A DNA stretch of 38,995 nt from Nitrososphaeria archaeon (lineage in GTDB: Archaea > Thermoproteota > Nitrososphaeria > Geothermarchaeales > JDFR-13), in contig JALTNJ010000208.1 in NCBI GenBank assembly GCA_027000765.1, positions 1-38,995 of the forward strand, in the 5' to 3' direction. The position numbers and the translations under genes were made by a program. Shown in pieces: positions 1 through 8,523 of this stretch. Numbering within the stretch: the stretch's first letter is position 1; each line of letters begins with the position of its first letter. Under the pieces are notes generated by a model. The model was given only the letters and a program-made list of their open reading frames with translations. It searched no databases and was not told the DNA's origin.

Positions 1-18
1 GGTGTTTCTAGTACTATG

Positions 19-258
19 CTATATTATCTCTCTCTTACGCATTACAAACGGTTCGTATGCTCCTCCTGCGAAGGTATATCCGCATTTCCTGCAACTCCAT
101 ATCCCAACAGAGACCCATCGCAGTGACTTACTCATGCATCGAGGACATTCATACTTCTTTTTCTTCTTCAGCATTATCATGTTCCATCTTTTTCTTAGAG
201 TAGCTCCATACCTTGGTCCAAACCTCGCCGCGATATTTGGAACCTTTTTACGTGCCAT
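19..258 (-). CDS. rpl37ae: 50S ribosomal protein L37Ae (eL43)
   Basis: 79-aa ORF with an MARKK..GPRYG N-terminus and a CPRC-x13-CRKC zinc ribbon. It lies 1 nt downstream of rrp42, as in the conserved archaeal exosome superoperon. Confidence 0.9.
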   Translation of the reverse strand: MARKKVPNIAARFGPRYGATLRKRWNMIMLKKKKKYECPRCMSKSLRWVSVGIWSCRKCGYTFAGGAYEPFVMRKREII

Positions 259-259
259 T

Positions 260-1120
260 TTAATCGCCTCCTAGACCGAGTAACTCCCTAATTCTATTTC
301 TTATCTCTATACTTTTATCAAGGGATATATTTAATACTTCAAAGACCTGCTCATATCCTAATCCGCCTTGAATAAGTTGTATAGCACATATCTCGTTATT
401 TACGGTATGGGTAATTGTGATTCTAGCCTCAGAAACCATCTCCTCAGCAAACGTTGGATCCACTATGAACTTATTGTCAATTAATGCTATCGTATTAGCT
501 ATTGGAAAGTCTTGTGTCGGTATTGGAATTCTAGGTACACTGGTCAGGTTGTTGGGTGGAAGCTCCTCTAAATGTTCCTTGACATATTCTGGATCCGGCA
601 TTTCACCAGTTAATAACGCGCTTACAACTCCTATTACAGCAGCATCAATAATATTCCCATCATCATTGAAGATATTAAAGTCAATAAACATCTTTAATAC
701 TGATTCACCTGGCTTTATCACAAGTTTAGATAAGTCCACCATTTCACTTTCTCTTATGCTCCTGTCAACAACCCTGCTGATCTCGATCTCTTCCTCACTT
801 GGTGGACCGGCCTCTGCACTGAAAGAAGCTGTTGGGAGCACCTCACCCTCAGTTAGTAATATACCTTTATCAGGGGAATCAGGAAACGGTGTCCCGAGTT
901 CAAACTGGACACCGACTATAACTATAGTATCGCCTAACTCCACCCTTGCAGACCCATATGCTTTTTTAATTACACCAGTCTCGATACGTAGATCCCTATA
1001 ATCTAGAAAACCACGTCCATCAAGCCTTCGATTCTCCTTTATAAATTTAAGGATATTATTAGCCATTAAGATCTCTTTCAACGTCTTTTTCTTAAAATTA
1101 TTCTTTTTCATCTTTAACAC
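260..1120 (-). CDS. rrp42: Exosome complex component Rrp42 (RNase PH-like, non-catalytic)
   Basis: RNase PH-fold signature RLDGRGFLDYRDLRIETGVIKKAYGSARVELGDT. It overlaps the rrp41 3' end by 23 nt. Several Met codons in the first 19 codons leave the exact start uncertain. Confidence 0.85.
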   Translation of the reverse strand: MLKMKKNNFKKKTLKEILMANNILKFIKENRRLDGRGFLDYRDLRIETGVIKKAYGSARVELGDTIVIVGVQFELGTPFPDSPDKGILLTEGEVLPTASFSAEAGPPSEEEIEISRVVDRSIRESEMVDLSKLVIKPGESVLKMFIDFNIFNDDGNIIDAAVIGVVSALLTGEMPDPEYVKEHLEELPPNNLTSVPRIPIPTQDFPIANTIALIDNKFIVDPTFAEEMVSEARITITHTVNNEICAIQLIQGGLGYEQVFEVLNISLDKSIEIRNRIRELLGLGGD

Positions 1121-1871
1121 CCTCCTCGATAACCTCCATATCCTTTAAGATACTGGTTAATGCTCTTACCTGCTCTTCATATAGCTCCATCGCACCTTTC
1201 AACGCCAAGTCAAATGCCTCTTTAAACTCCTCATGTGTCAATTTACCGTCCATCTGAAGAAGAACTACTTTCCTAAGATTAGGCATAATAGCGATCGGAA
1301 GGTCTGCCTCACCCTCCTTATCCTCCTCCTCACCGACATCAAGGATAATGTGTCCATTGACCTTCCCAGCCGAGCAACCTACTACCAAGTCCCTCATCGG
1401 GATACCAGCATCGGCTAATGCGACTGCAGCAGCAGTTACACTGGCCACCCTTGTACTACCCTCGGCCTGCGCCACCTCCATATAAACGTCAATACTCATT
1501 TCTGGGAACTCCTCTAGTACGACAGCCTGCTCCAACGCGTTTTTAATCACTTTAGAAAGCTCTATCTCCCTCCTAGAGGGTTTTGGAGACTTTCTCTCAG
1601 TCGTACTATATGGGGTCATGTGGTACCTACAGTTTAAAATAGCCTTGTCCTGTGAAATCTCGAATTTCGGAAAATGTTCTTTAGGTCCATATACTGCAGC
1701 GATAATCCAGTTACCACCCAATCTAATTTCAGCCGACCCATCGGCGTTCCTTAGTATATGCGCCCTAATTTTATATGGTCGCATCTCATCCGGTTTCCTT
1801 CCATCTATCCGTATAAACTCCTCCTTTTTTTCTTCATCTGAACTCTTTTTCTTTCCCTTTTTACTGCTCAT
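1098..1871 (-). CDS. rrp41: Exosome complex exonuclease Rrp41 (RNase PH domain)
   Basis: RIDGRKPDEMRPYKI...GSAEIRLGGNWIIAAVYGP and QAEGSTRVASVTAA motifs typical of the catalytic PH subunit. It sits between rrp4 and rrp42. Confidence 0.9.
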   Translation of the reverse strand: MSSKKGKKKSSDEEKKEEFIRIDGRKPDEMRPYKIRAHILRNADGSAEIRLGGNWIIAAVYGPKEHFPKFEISQDKAILNCRYHMTPYSTTERKSPKPSRREIELSKVIKNALEQAVVLEEFPEMSIDVYMEVAQAEGSTRVASVTAAAVALADAGIPMRDLVVGCSAGKVNGHIILDVGEEEDKEGEADLPIAIMPNLRKVVLLQMDGKLTHEEFKEAFDLALKGAMELYEEQVRALTSILKDMEVIEEGVKDEKE

Positions 1872-2649
1872 TCGAATTCACCTCTTTATCTTCATTCTCC
1901 ATCTTCTCTTCTTTTACCTCTTTAGAAGCCTCTTTAGCCACTGCCTCCCTAGGTGAGGGTACACCCAGGATACCTGCTACGGTATCCGTTAATCCAGAGG
2001 CGAATGTCTTAGCGGCTATTAGATTAATAATCTTCTTTAGAAGAAGATACTCTTCGTATGGCCCCTTAAACAGAATGACTCCATTCTGGGCAATTACAAT
2101 GTCACCCTTAATCTTTTGTTTTATTAACCTTATCATACTTCCTTTTTTACCTATTATCCTAGGTAGTTTTGTAGTGGTGACTTTAATGATGTAATACCCA
2201 CGTATTTTACCTAGTCGCTTATCCTTGTCCTCGGGCGACTGTCTCAGAGTGGCCCCGAAGTATCCGAGTCTCCTGACATCCGAGATCTTCACCCCTACGA
2301 CATCTCCTACAGCCAGGTATTTAGACAATTCATCGCGCCTTGGATCGAATCTACGGTTTGATATCATCTCCGAAGCGGGAAGAAATGCCTTCGTGTAGGA
2401 CCCTATATCTAGAATCCATCCATTGGGCGCATATCCTACTACCACACCAATTACATAATCGCCTCTACTTGGTCTATAGACATCTTTATACGGAATTAAA
2501 TCAATTCCTCCCCTACCTTGTTGGACAACACCCAATAAAGTTGCTACTAGACCACGATAGTCTCTAACAAAATATTCTCCTATCCTGTTGTATCTTACAT
2601 TTTTATCTACAGTTGTACCAGGTACAACTATCCTCTTATTACTTTTCAT
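1861..2649 (-). CDS. rrp4: Exosome RNA-binding cap subunit Rrp4 (S1 + KH domains)
   Basis: S1-like segment GDYVIGVVVGYAPNGWILDIGS followed by a KH segment IIGKKGSMIRLIKQK. The C-terminal tail is acidic and Lys-rich. It occupies the expected superoperon position. Confidence 0.9.
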   Translation of the reverse strand: MKSNKRIVVPGTTVDKNVRYNRIGEYFVRDYRGLVATLLGVVQQGRGGIDLIPYKDVYRPSRGDYVIGVVVGYAPNGWILDIGSYTKAFLPASEMISNRRFDPRRDELSKYLAVGDVVGVKISDVRRLGYFGATLRQSPEDKDKRLGKIRGYYIIKVTTTKLPRIIGKKGSMIRLIKQKIKGDIVIAQNGVILFKGPYEEYLLLKKIINLIAAKTFASGLTDTVAGILGVPSPREAVAKEASKEVKEEKMENEDKEVNSNEQ

Positions 2650-2705
2650 CTCGTTCTCAACTCTCCAATTTCTCTTACAATTCCATATATTTAAATTCTT
2701 TAGAG

Positions 2706-3404
2706 CTAAATCGTCCTTTCCTCAGAGACCTCTATATATGCTGTCCCGCCCGTGATCCTCCCTAAACGCTCTATAAACTCCACTTTAAGCCCAGACGGTA
2801 TAGAGACAACAGCTGATAATGATCCATCGTTCAACCAGTCTTCCTGAATTATGTTTGACGCGTTCTTAATATACCCGTATGCCTTACCAACGTAAGTCGG
2901 TGGGATCCTTATATTGAGGATCGTAATCTGTTGTTTAATAGGTATTACTTCACTTAATTTAGAGATTATCTCTTTAATCTGCTCATCCACACTTCTAAAT
3001 GGATCGATTTTTAGAGAGGACTCCTCCAAAGCATTCTCAAGTCTCATCGGTGGGATTGGCAAGTTTGTTCTCGCGTCAACACAATACTTTGATATGTAAT
3101 CTATAATCTGTCTCTTCTTTTCCTCTATGAGTTTACGCCTCTGCTCAGCCTTTATCTGTAGATCCCCTTCCCTGACGATTCTCTCTGCAATAACATTAAC
3201 ATCCGTTGTTCCAAAAACCTCCATAAGATCGCCTTTTGCAGCTCTTAGCCCCTTATTCGCATCCGAATAAACCTCATCATAAACCAGGATGCCTTCAAAA
3301 TCCTTACGTCTACCAAGCTTATATTCAAGGGCCTTATCCGGGTCAACGAGGACTTCAAATCTCTTCGACCCTCTTTTGAATCGTGCTATAGTATACTCGG
3401 GCAT
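2706..3404 (-). CDS. SBDS/Sdo1-family ribosome maturation protein
   Basis: N-terminal FYSH-like ARFKRGSKRFEVLVDPDKALEYK and a length of 232 aa. It lies between psmA and rrp4, and GGAGGTGA sits upstream of the ATG. Confidence 0.88.
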   Translation of the reverse strand: MPEYTIARFKRGSKRFEVLVDPDKALEYKLGRRKDFEGILVYDEVYSDANKGLRAAKGDLMEVFGTTDVNVIAERIVREGDLQIKAEQRRKLIEEKKRQIIDYISKYCVDARTNLPIPPMRLENALEESSLKIDPFRSVDEQIKEIISKLSEVIPIKQQITILNIRIPPTYVGKAYGYIKNASNIIQEDWLNDGSLSAVVSIPSGLKVEFIERLGRITGGTAYIEVSEERTI

Positions 3405-3466
3405 CGGTTTATCACCTCCTACTTCACCATCATATTTAAATTAAATAGCTATTGAGAAGGATAAGA

Positions 3467-4198
3467 TTATTGTAATCCGAGTTTCTCCTTAGCCTTTTCA
3501 ATGTATTTTAGACTCTCTTCAATCGATAGGAAACGGCCTTTCATCGACTCCTTAGGTATCTCTAGTAACCGTATTTTAATATCCTGCTTATTTTGAGATA
3601 CATAATATATTGCCCCAGCTACAAGGATCTTCCCATCTTCAAGCGTTATATCGTCTTTATAGTGTTTAGATATAAAGTCAAGCGCTGTATCCGACCCTGC
3701 TCCAATGGCAGCAACCTTATATTTAATACATGAACCACTAGGATCAGTGACAAAGACTTCTGAACCACCATCGGGATTAACACCAGCAAAAATAATCGCT
3801 ACGCCAAAAGGCCTTACCCCACCCTGCTGGGTAAAGCTCTGCTTTATATCACCTATTCTCTTAGCGATGACCTCTATGTAAGGGGGTTCATCATACAATA
3901 ACCTATGATGTTGGGCATATTCCCTAGCATATTCTATAAGAACCCTGCCATCGGGAACGTATCCAGATACTACGGCCCCGATATTGTCATCAATCATGAA
4001 GAGCTTTCTACTATAAGTTTCATCTTGGAAATTGGTGATGTTTTCCTCTGCAGCTAATACAACACCTTCCTTAGTAGCTATACCTACAGATATCGTACCT
4101 CTTTTAACGGTTTCAAGTGCATACTCGACCTGAAATATTCTTCCATCTGGTGAGAATACTGTAATTGCTCTATCGTATGCAGCTTGTCTCGAAAACAT
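3467..4198 (-). CDS. psmA: Proteasome subunit alpha
   Basis: The N-terminal YDRAITVFSPDGRIFQVEYA motif is the alpha-subunit signature. Length is 243 aa. Confidence 0.93.
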   Translation of the reverse strand: MFSRQAAYDRAITVFSPDGRIFQVEYALETVKRGTISVGIATKEGVVLAAEENITNFQDETYSRKLFMIDDNIGAVVSGYVPDGRVLIEYAREYAQHHRLLYDEPPYIEVIAKRIGDIKQSFTQQGGVRPFGVAIIFAGVNPDGGSEVFVTDPSGSCIKYKVAAIGAGSDTALDFISKHYKDDITLEDGKILVAGAIYYVSQNKQDIKIRLLEIPKESMKGRFLSIEESLKYIEKAKEKLGLQ

Positions 4199-4261
4199 AT
4201 ACTTTATTCACCTCGCACCATACTCATATTACTAAATATTCCTATTTAAAATAAACTTTAA

Positions 4262-4576
4262 TTATCCACGTGTTAAATTCTTTAAAAGGCGTTCCTTACC
4301 AGATTTTAAAGTACTAGAGACGCCTATTAACCAAATAGGCATATTATTTCTAATCGATAAGAGAGTGGCTGCAGCAACTAGTTTCGTTAGATATCTACTA
4401 CTGATCGAGAATATAACTATTTTCTCATCTTCTAAAAACTCCACAATCCTCAGGCCAGATAGTGAGTAATCGATGATACCATATACTTTTTTGAACTCAT
4501 CAACTAAATTCTTAGGCGTAAATGAGACACCTACCTTGAAAAACGCATATCTTCTATGTATAGTTTTCACAGGCAT
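4262..4576 (-). CDS. rnp2: RNase P protein component 2 (Pop5/Rpp14 family)
   Basis: RRYAFFKV near the N-terminus and IGVSSTLKSGKERLL near the C-terminus resemble archaeal Pop5. It overlaps the Rpp30 gene by 10 nt and holds the conserved superoperon position. Confidence 0.7.
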   Translation of the reverse strand: MPVKTIHRRYAFFKVGVSFTPKNLVDEFKKVYGIIDYSLSGLRIVEFLEDEKIVIFSISSRYLTKLVAAATLLSIRNNMPIWLIGVSSTLKSGKERLLKNLTRG

Positions 4577-5223
4577 TCCGATATCAACTCCATAGGTATT
4601 GTAGAGACTACATTAAATGAGAAATTAGGTTCATCAACAAGACCATAAATAAAATATGCAAGCTGCTGGGGAGGAAACACTACATCCAAACAGGGATCTT
4701 GTGAAACTATCAGTTTATTTTTATCCAGAAGCATCTTTACTATAAACAGGTTTCTTCTCAACCAGTTATTTTTAATTAGAGTTGGATCAAGTAGAAACTC
4801 AAAGATGATAGGCTTGTCTAATAACTTGACTATAGTTCTGAAACGAGGTTCAGATAACCTCACTAAATCGAATTTATGGGCGTCGTTAGGCGTCAAAAAC
4901 TTGAAGAGCGTGTCATCGACACTAACTATACATACTTTTTTCTCTATTTTTTTCCTTAATTTTAAAATATTTCCTCTAACACTTCTCTTTAGACTCGTGT
5001 CAACAGAGTCTTGTGAAATATGGTAACGTTTGGAGAAGCCTATACCACGTTCACTACAATAGTTTGAAACACTATCTACAAGGTTGTTGTTAAGGTCTTC
5101 CTCAGAGGAAAACGTCAATGTAATATGTTGATACCCTATATCTAATGCTTTGTCTATTGCCTTAAACAAAGTATCACGGTCTTCACAATAAGGAAGATAA
5201 AGATTATAATACTTAATTTTCAT
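4567..5223 (-). CDS. rnp3: RNase P protein component 3 (Rpp30 family)
   Basis: 218-aa protein in the position held by Rpp30 in the archaeal exosome/proteasome superoperon. The IIFEFLL...LIVSQDP pattern is compatible with the Rpp30 TIM-barrel. The call rests mainly on synteny. Confidence 0.65.
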   Translation of the reverse strand: MKIKYYNLYLPYCEDRDTLFKAIDKALDIGYQHITLTFSSEEDLNNNLVDSVSNYCSERGIGFSKRYHISQDSVDTSLKRSVRGNILKLRKKIEKKVCIVSVDDTLFKFLTPNDAHKFDLVRLSEPRFRTIVKLLDKPIIFEFLLDPTLIKNNWLRRNLFIVKMLLDKNKLIVSQDPCLDVVFPPQQLAYFIYGLVDEPNFSFNVVSTIPMELISECL

Positions 5224-5620
5224 CTCCAGTCAACCATTTCTCAATAAAACTAGGGTTTACATTTCTAATAACAATTTTAATAGGGTCCTCTTCAACAAGG
5301 GATAACCGCCCTTGACACAGTCTTTGTTTATCCAACCGGATATAGACAGTAGATTTATGGAAATACTCATCTATAGTATTCAGAAAATAGTTTCGATCCT
5401 CCTCAGATAATTTCTCTCTCATAACTGATAGGATGTTTTTGACATCAGATGAAGATAGTTTTATTGTTAAGTATATAATTGGATTCCCATAGTGACCCGA
5501 TAAATCACGTCTCCTCATGTTTTTCCTAGCTAGGTCAATATCAAACATGTTTTTAACTGCAGCTAATATACGGTTTATATCTTCAGTTGCGTGTATAATG
5601 ATGTTTAACTCGCCTCTCAT
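5213..5620 (-). CDS. DUF54/COG1325 putative RNA-binding protein (predicted exosome-associated subunit)
   Basis: LNIIIHATEDINRIL motif (HxTED). It is the first gene of the superoperon. The start is trimmed to the ATG at 5620 because the longer ORF (to 5797) would overlap kae1 on the opposite strand. Confidence 0.6.
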   Translation of the reverse strand: MRGELNIIIHATEDINRILAAVKNMFDIDLARKNMRRRDLSGHYGNPIIYLTIKLSSSDVKNILSVMREKLSEEDRNYFLNTIDEYFHKSTVYIRLDKQRLCQGRLSLVEEDPIKIVIRNVNPSFIEKWLTGDEN

Positions 5621-5669
5621 GTCGAGAAAAATATTTAGTATCGAGAAATTTAATATTTTGGGTTGGAGA
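5621..5669. promoter_or_regulatory. 49-bp bidirectional promoter region made of two tandem TCGAGAAA + A/T-box units
   Basis: TCGAGAAAAATATTTAGTA (5622-5640) is followed directly by TCGAGAAATTTAATATTTTGG (5641-5661). Each unit carries a TATA-like A/T block. Together they fill the whole gap between the divergent DUF54 and kae1 genes. Confidence 0.35.
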
Positions 5670-6662
5670 ATGGGAAGAAAATATGTATTGGGTATTGAAT
5701 CAACAGCACATACATTTGCTACTGCAATTGTTGATGATGAGTTAAATATACTTTCTGATGTTAGAGATGTAGTTAAGCCAGGAGAAACTTTGGGCATAGA
5801 TCCTAAGTTAACGGCGGAGCATCATGCAAATGTTGCTCCTCAAGTACTGAAAAAAGCGTTAGATGACGCGGGTATGGATATTATCGATATAGATGCTGTG
5901 GCGTATAGTATGGGGCCTGGATTAGGGCCTGCATTAAGGATAGGGGCAACGGTCGCTAGAGCCATTGCATATAAATTTAAAAAACCCTTGTATCCAGTGC
6001 ATCATGGTATAGGACATATAGAGTTGACCTCATCGTTACTCGGTTTTAAAGACCCTCTGGTCGTCATAGTATCAGGAGGACATACATCTATATTATCATT
6101 TAGCTTAGGACGGTGGAGGACGTATGGAGAGACACTGGATATTACATTGGGAAATTTAATGGATATGTTCGCTAGGAAAATTGGAATACCATTTCCCGGA
6201 GGGCCTAAAATAGAGGAAATAGCGAGGAAAGGCAGGAAATATATTGAAATGCCGTATGGAATAAAGGGTAATAACATGGTTTATTCAGGCCTGTTAACAT
6301 ATGCTACTCAACTTATAGGAAAAGAGCCTGTTGAAAACATAGCGTACTCCCTTCAAGAAACTGCGTTTACAGTATTGGTGGAAGCTACGGAAAGGGCTCT
6401 CACACAGGTATCTAAGAAGGAAATTGGGTTAACAGGAGGTGTAGCATCAAATGATAGACTATATAACATGATGTGTGATATGGCAAGTGAACATGGAGTG
6501 AAAGTAGGTCGTCTAGAGAAGAAGTATAATAGTGATAACGGGGTTCAAATAGCTGTTGTGGGGATACTGTATATGAAATCTGGATATGCTCCAGTTCCTG
6601 TGGAGGAGGCTGTTATTAAACAGAGAATTCGTGTAGAGGAGGTTGAGGTACCATGGAGATAA
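5670..6662 (+). CDS. kae1: tRNA N6-adenosine threonylcarbamoyltransferase Kae1 (KEOPS catalytic subunit)
   Basis: LGIESTAHTFATAIV, VHHGIGHIEL (metal-binding His pair) and GGVASN motifs. The start is set at the ATG at 5670 (MGRKYVLGIE). Confidence 0.92.
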   Translation: MGRKYVLGIESTAHTFATAIVDDELNILSDVRDVVKPGETLGIDPKLTAEHHANVAPQVLKKALDDAGMDIIDIDAVAYSMGPGLGPALRIGATVARAIAYKFKKPLYPVHHGIGHIELTSSLLGFKDPLVVIVSGGHTSILSFSLGRWRTYGETLDITLGNLMDMFARKIGIPFPGGPKIEEIARKGRKYIEMPYGIKGNNMVYSGLLTYATQLIGKEPVENIAYSLQETAFTVLVEATERALTQVSKKEIGLTGGVASNDRLYNMMCDMASEHGVKVGRLEKKYNSDNGVQIAVVGILYMKSGYAPVPVEEAVIKQRIRVEEVEVPWR

Positions 6663-7339
6663 GGGGGTTACTAGAACACTTCCTAGAGGATGGGGTGATG
6701 ATAAGTAAGGGGGCTGAATCGAATCTATATAAAATATCATATTATGGGAAGCCTGCTGTTTTAAAATATAGAGTCGAGAAGAAATATAGGATAAAGGAAT
6801 TGGATAAAAAAATCAGGAGGAGGAGGACGTTTGGAGAGGCGTCTTCCATATATGAGGCCTGGAAGAAAGGCATTAATGTTCCTAGGCTTCTCTACGCTGA
6901 TCTGGAGAGATACTATCTAATTATGGAGTATTTAGAGGGAGAGGTTCTGAGGGAGGCTATTCTTAAAAAGAAATATACGGATGAAGAGATAAGTGTGATT
7001 GCTAGTTCACTTGGAGAAATGATCGCTAACTTGCATAATATTGATATTGTGCATGGAGACCTAACCACTGCTAATATAATAATTAAAGATGAGCTTAGGC
7101 CATATCTAATAGACTTTGGATTAAGTGAGAGGAGAAGTGATCCTGAGGCAAAAGCTGTGGATATTGAGATGTTTTACAGGGTTCTTGAGTCTACGCATAC
7201 AATGGAGAGAGAAAAGTTTTTTAATGCTTTTATTCAAGCGTATAAGAAAAATGTCTTGAACAGTAAAGAAATTATTTCGAGGTTTAATAGGATACGGAGG
7301 ATGGGGAGATACATTGAGGAGAGGAGGAGACGTAGTTAG
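6653..7339 (+). CDS. bud32: Bud32/PRPK atypical kinase (KEOPS subunit)
   Basis: Small RIO-like kinase with ISKGAESNLYK, VHGDLTTANIII and IDFGLS motifs. Its ATG overlaps the kae1 stop (ATGGAGATAA). Confidence 0.85.
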   Translation: MEIRGLLEHFLEDGVMISKGAESNLYKISYYGKPAVLKYRVEKKYRIKELDKKIRRRRTFGEASSIYEAWKKGINVPRLLYADLERYYLIMEYLEGEVLREAILKKKYTDEEISVIASSLGEMIANLHNIDIVHGDLTTANIIIKDELRPYLIDFGLSERRSDPEAKAVDIEMFYRVLESTHTMEREKFFNAFIQAYKKNVLNSKEIISRFNRIRRMGRYIEERRRRS

Positions 7340-7892
7340 ATTCGTGACGAATAACGAGCATAAATATAAAGAGGCTTCTGATATACTAGGCGCCTACAAT
7401 ATTAAATTAGAGTGGGTTCCATTGCCAGTTGATGAAATACAGTCGGAGTATCTTGAGGATATAGTTGTATCTAAGGTAGTAAGTGCAATTGAAGTGGTCG
7501 ATCCTCCCTTCATAGTCGAAGACACGGGTCTATTTATACATGCTTTAAACGGTTTTCCCGGTGTATATGCCTCCTATGTATATAAAAAACTGGGGCTTCC
7601 ATCAATCCTGAAACTACTAGAAAAAACTAGGAATAGGAAAGCATGTTTTATAGCAGTAGGGGCGCTTGTCATAGACAGCCATATATTTAAGATATTTCGT
7701 GGAGAAGTTTATGGAGAGATCGCAAGAGAGATGAGAGGGAGCCAAGGATTTGGATACGATCCTATTTTTATTCCCGAGGGATACGATAAAACAATGGCAG
7801 AAATGGATCGTGAGGAGAAGAATCGGGTATCACACCGTGGCAGGTTATTTACTCAAATAGGAGAATATTTAGCAGGGAAGAATATTGTATAG
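7314..7892 (+). CDS. Non-canonical purine NTP pyrophosphatase (HAM1/RdgB/ITPase family)
   Basis: VTNNEHKYKEA, EDTGLFIHALNGFPGVYAS, GFGYDPIF and SHRG motifs. The ORF-track start is a TTG overlapping bud32, so the exact start is uncertain. Confidence 0.85.
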   Translation: MRRGGDVVRFVTNNEHKYKEASDILGAYNIKLEWVPLPVDEIQSEYLEDIVVSKVVSAIEVVDPPFIVEDTGLFIHALNGFPGVYASYVYKKLGLPSILKLLEKTRNRKACFIAVGALVIDSHIFKIFRGEVYGEIAREMRGSQGFGYDPIFIPEGYDKTMAEMDREEKNRVSHRGRLFTQIGEYLAGKNIV

Positions 7893-7971
7893 GTCTTAAG
7901 GGAGCCACGTAATACACAAATATATTTATATATTTCTAGTATACCTAAATTTGGATGTAGGTGGAGAATAG

Positions 7972-8421
7972 ATGGCGAGGATGCATATTAGAAGAAAGGG
8001 GAAGTCACACTCTAAGAGACCTGTAGTTATGAAGAAACCAGAGTGGCTTACCCTTACGCCTGAAGAAGTTGAGGAAATAGCCTTGAAACTCGCCAAAGAG
8101 GGGAAATATCCCTCTGAGATCGGTATGATTTTGAGGGATCAATATGGTGTACCTACTTTTAAACAAGTCACAGGTAAGAAATTAACTAAGTTTTTACAGG
8201 AACATGGAATAAAATACGAGTATCCAGAGGATCTCGCTAGGCTTATTGAGAAAGCTAAGAACCTCACTAATCACTTAAAGGTACATAGGAAAGACTATCG
8301 TAACAAACACTCTTTAGAGTTGATAGAAGCGAAGATACATCATTTATCAAAGTATTATAAAAGAAAAGGTCTACTTCCCCAGAAATGGAGGTATAGGACA
8401 GTAGTAGCTAGAGTAGAGTAG
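7972..8421 (+). CDS. rps15: 30S ribosomal protein S15 (uS15 / S13e)
   Basis: MARMHIRRKGKSHSKRP N-terminus, 149 aa. A TATA-like ATATATTTATATATTT and GGTGGA lie upstream. Confidence 0.93.
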   Translation: MARMHIRRKGKSHSKRPVVMKKPEWLTLTPEEVEEIALKLAKEGKYPSEIGMILRDQYGVPTFKQVTGKKLTKFLQEHGIKYEYPEDLARLIEKAKNLTNHLKVHRKDYRNKHSLELIEAKIHHLSKYYKRKGLLPQKWRYRTVVARVE

Positions 8422-8523
8422 AAACCTTCTATATGTTTGGTATTCAACTATTTTCCTCTTTATAGAGGCAGGTATACTGGCTATAAAAATACCCTCCTAT
8501 GCATCTATTTATTTGGATAGAGA

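Noticed and set aside
2-274. 90-aa plus-strand ORF at the window start.
   Set aside because: It is antisense to the well-supported L37Ae gene. Its sequence is Phe/Leu-rich and low-complexity.
417-1001. 194-aa plus-strand ORF antisense to rrp42. Similar long antisense ORFs lie inside other genes: 1618-1956, 17311-17814, 17818-18189, 20900-21355, 21352-21729, 21794-22147, 26560-27351, 31088-31480, 32455-32883, 33025-33348, and 37296-37790.
   Set aside because: Each lies entirely within a CDS on the other strand that has strong family motifs. Their translations are low-complexity and Ser/Leu/Ile-rich with no recognisable motifs. This is the typical shadow-ORF pattern.
5517-5797. Long N-terminal extensions of the kae1 (from 5517) and DUF54 (to 5797) ORFs, which would make the two divergent genes overlap by about 280 nt.
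   Set aside because: The conserved Kae1 N-terminus (LGIESTAHT) begins right after the ATG at 5670. The DUF54 conserved region begins after the ATG at 5620. The extensions are hydrophobic and low-complexity and would leave no promoter space.
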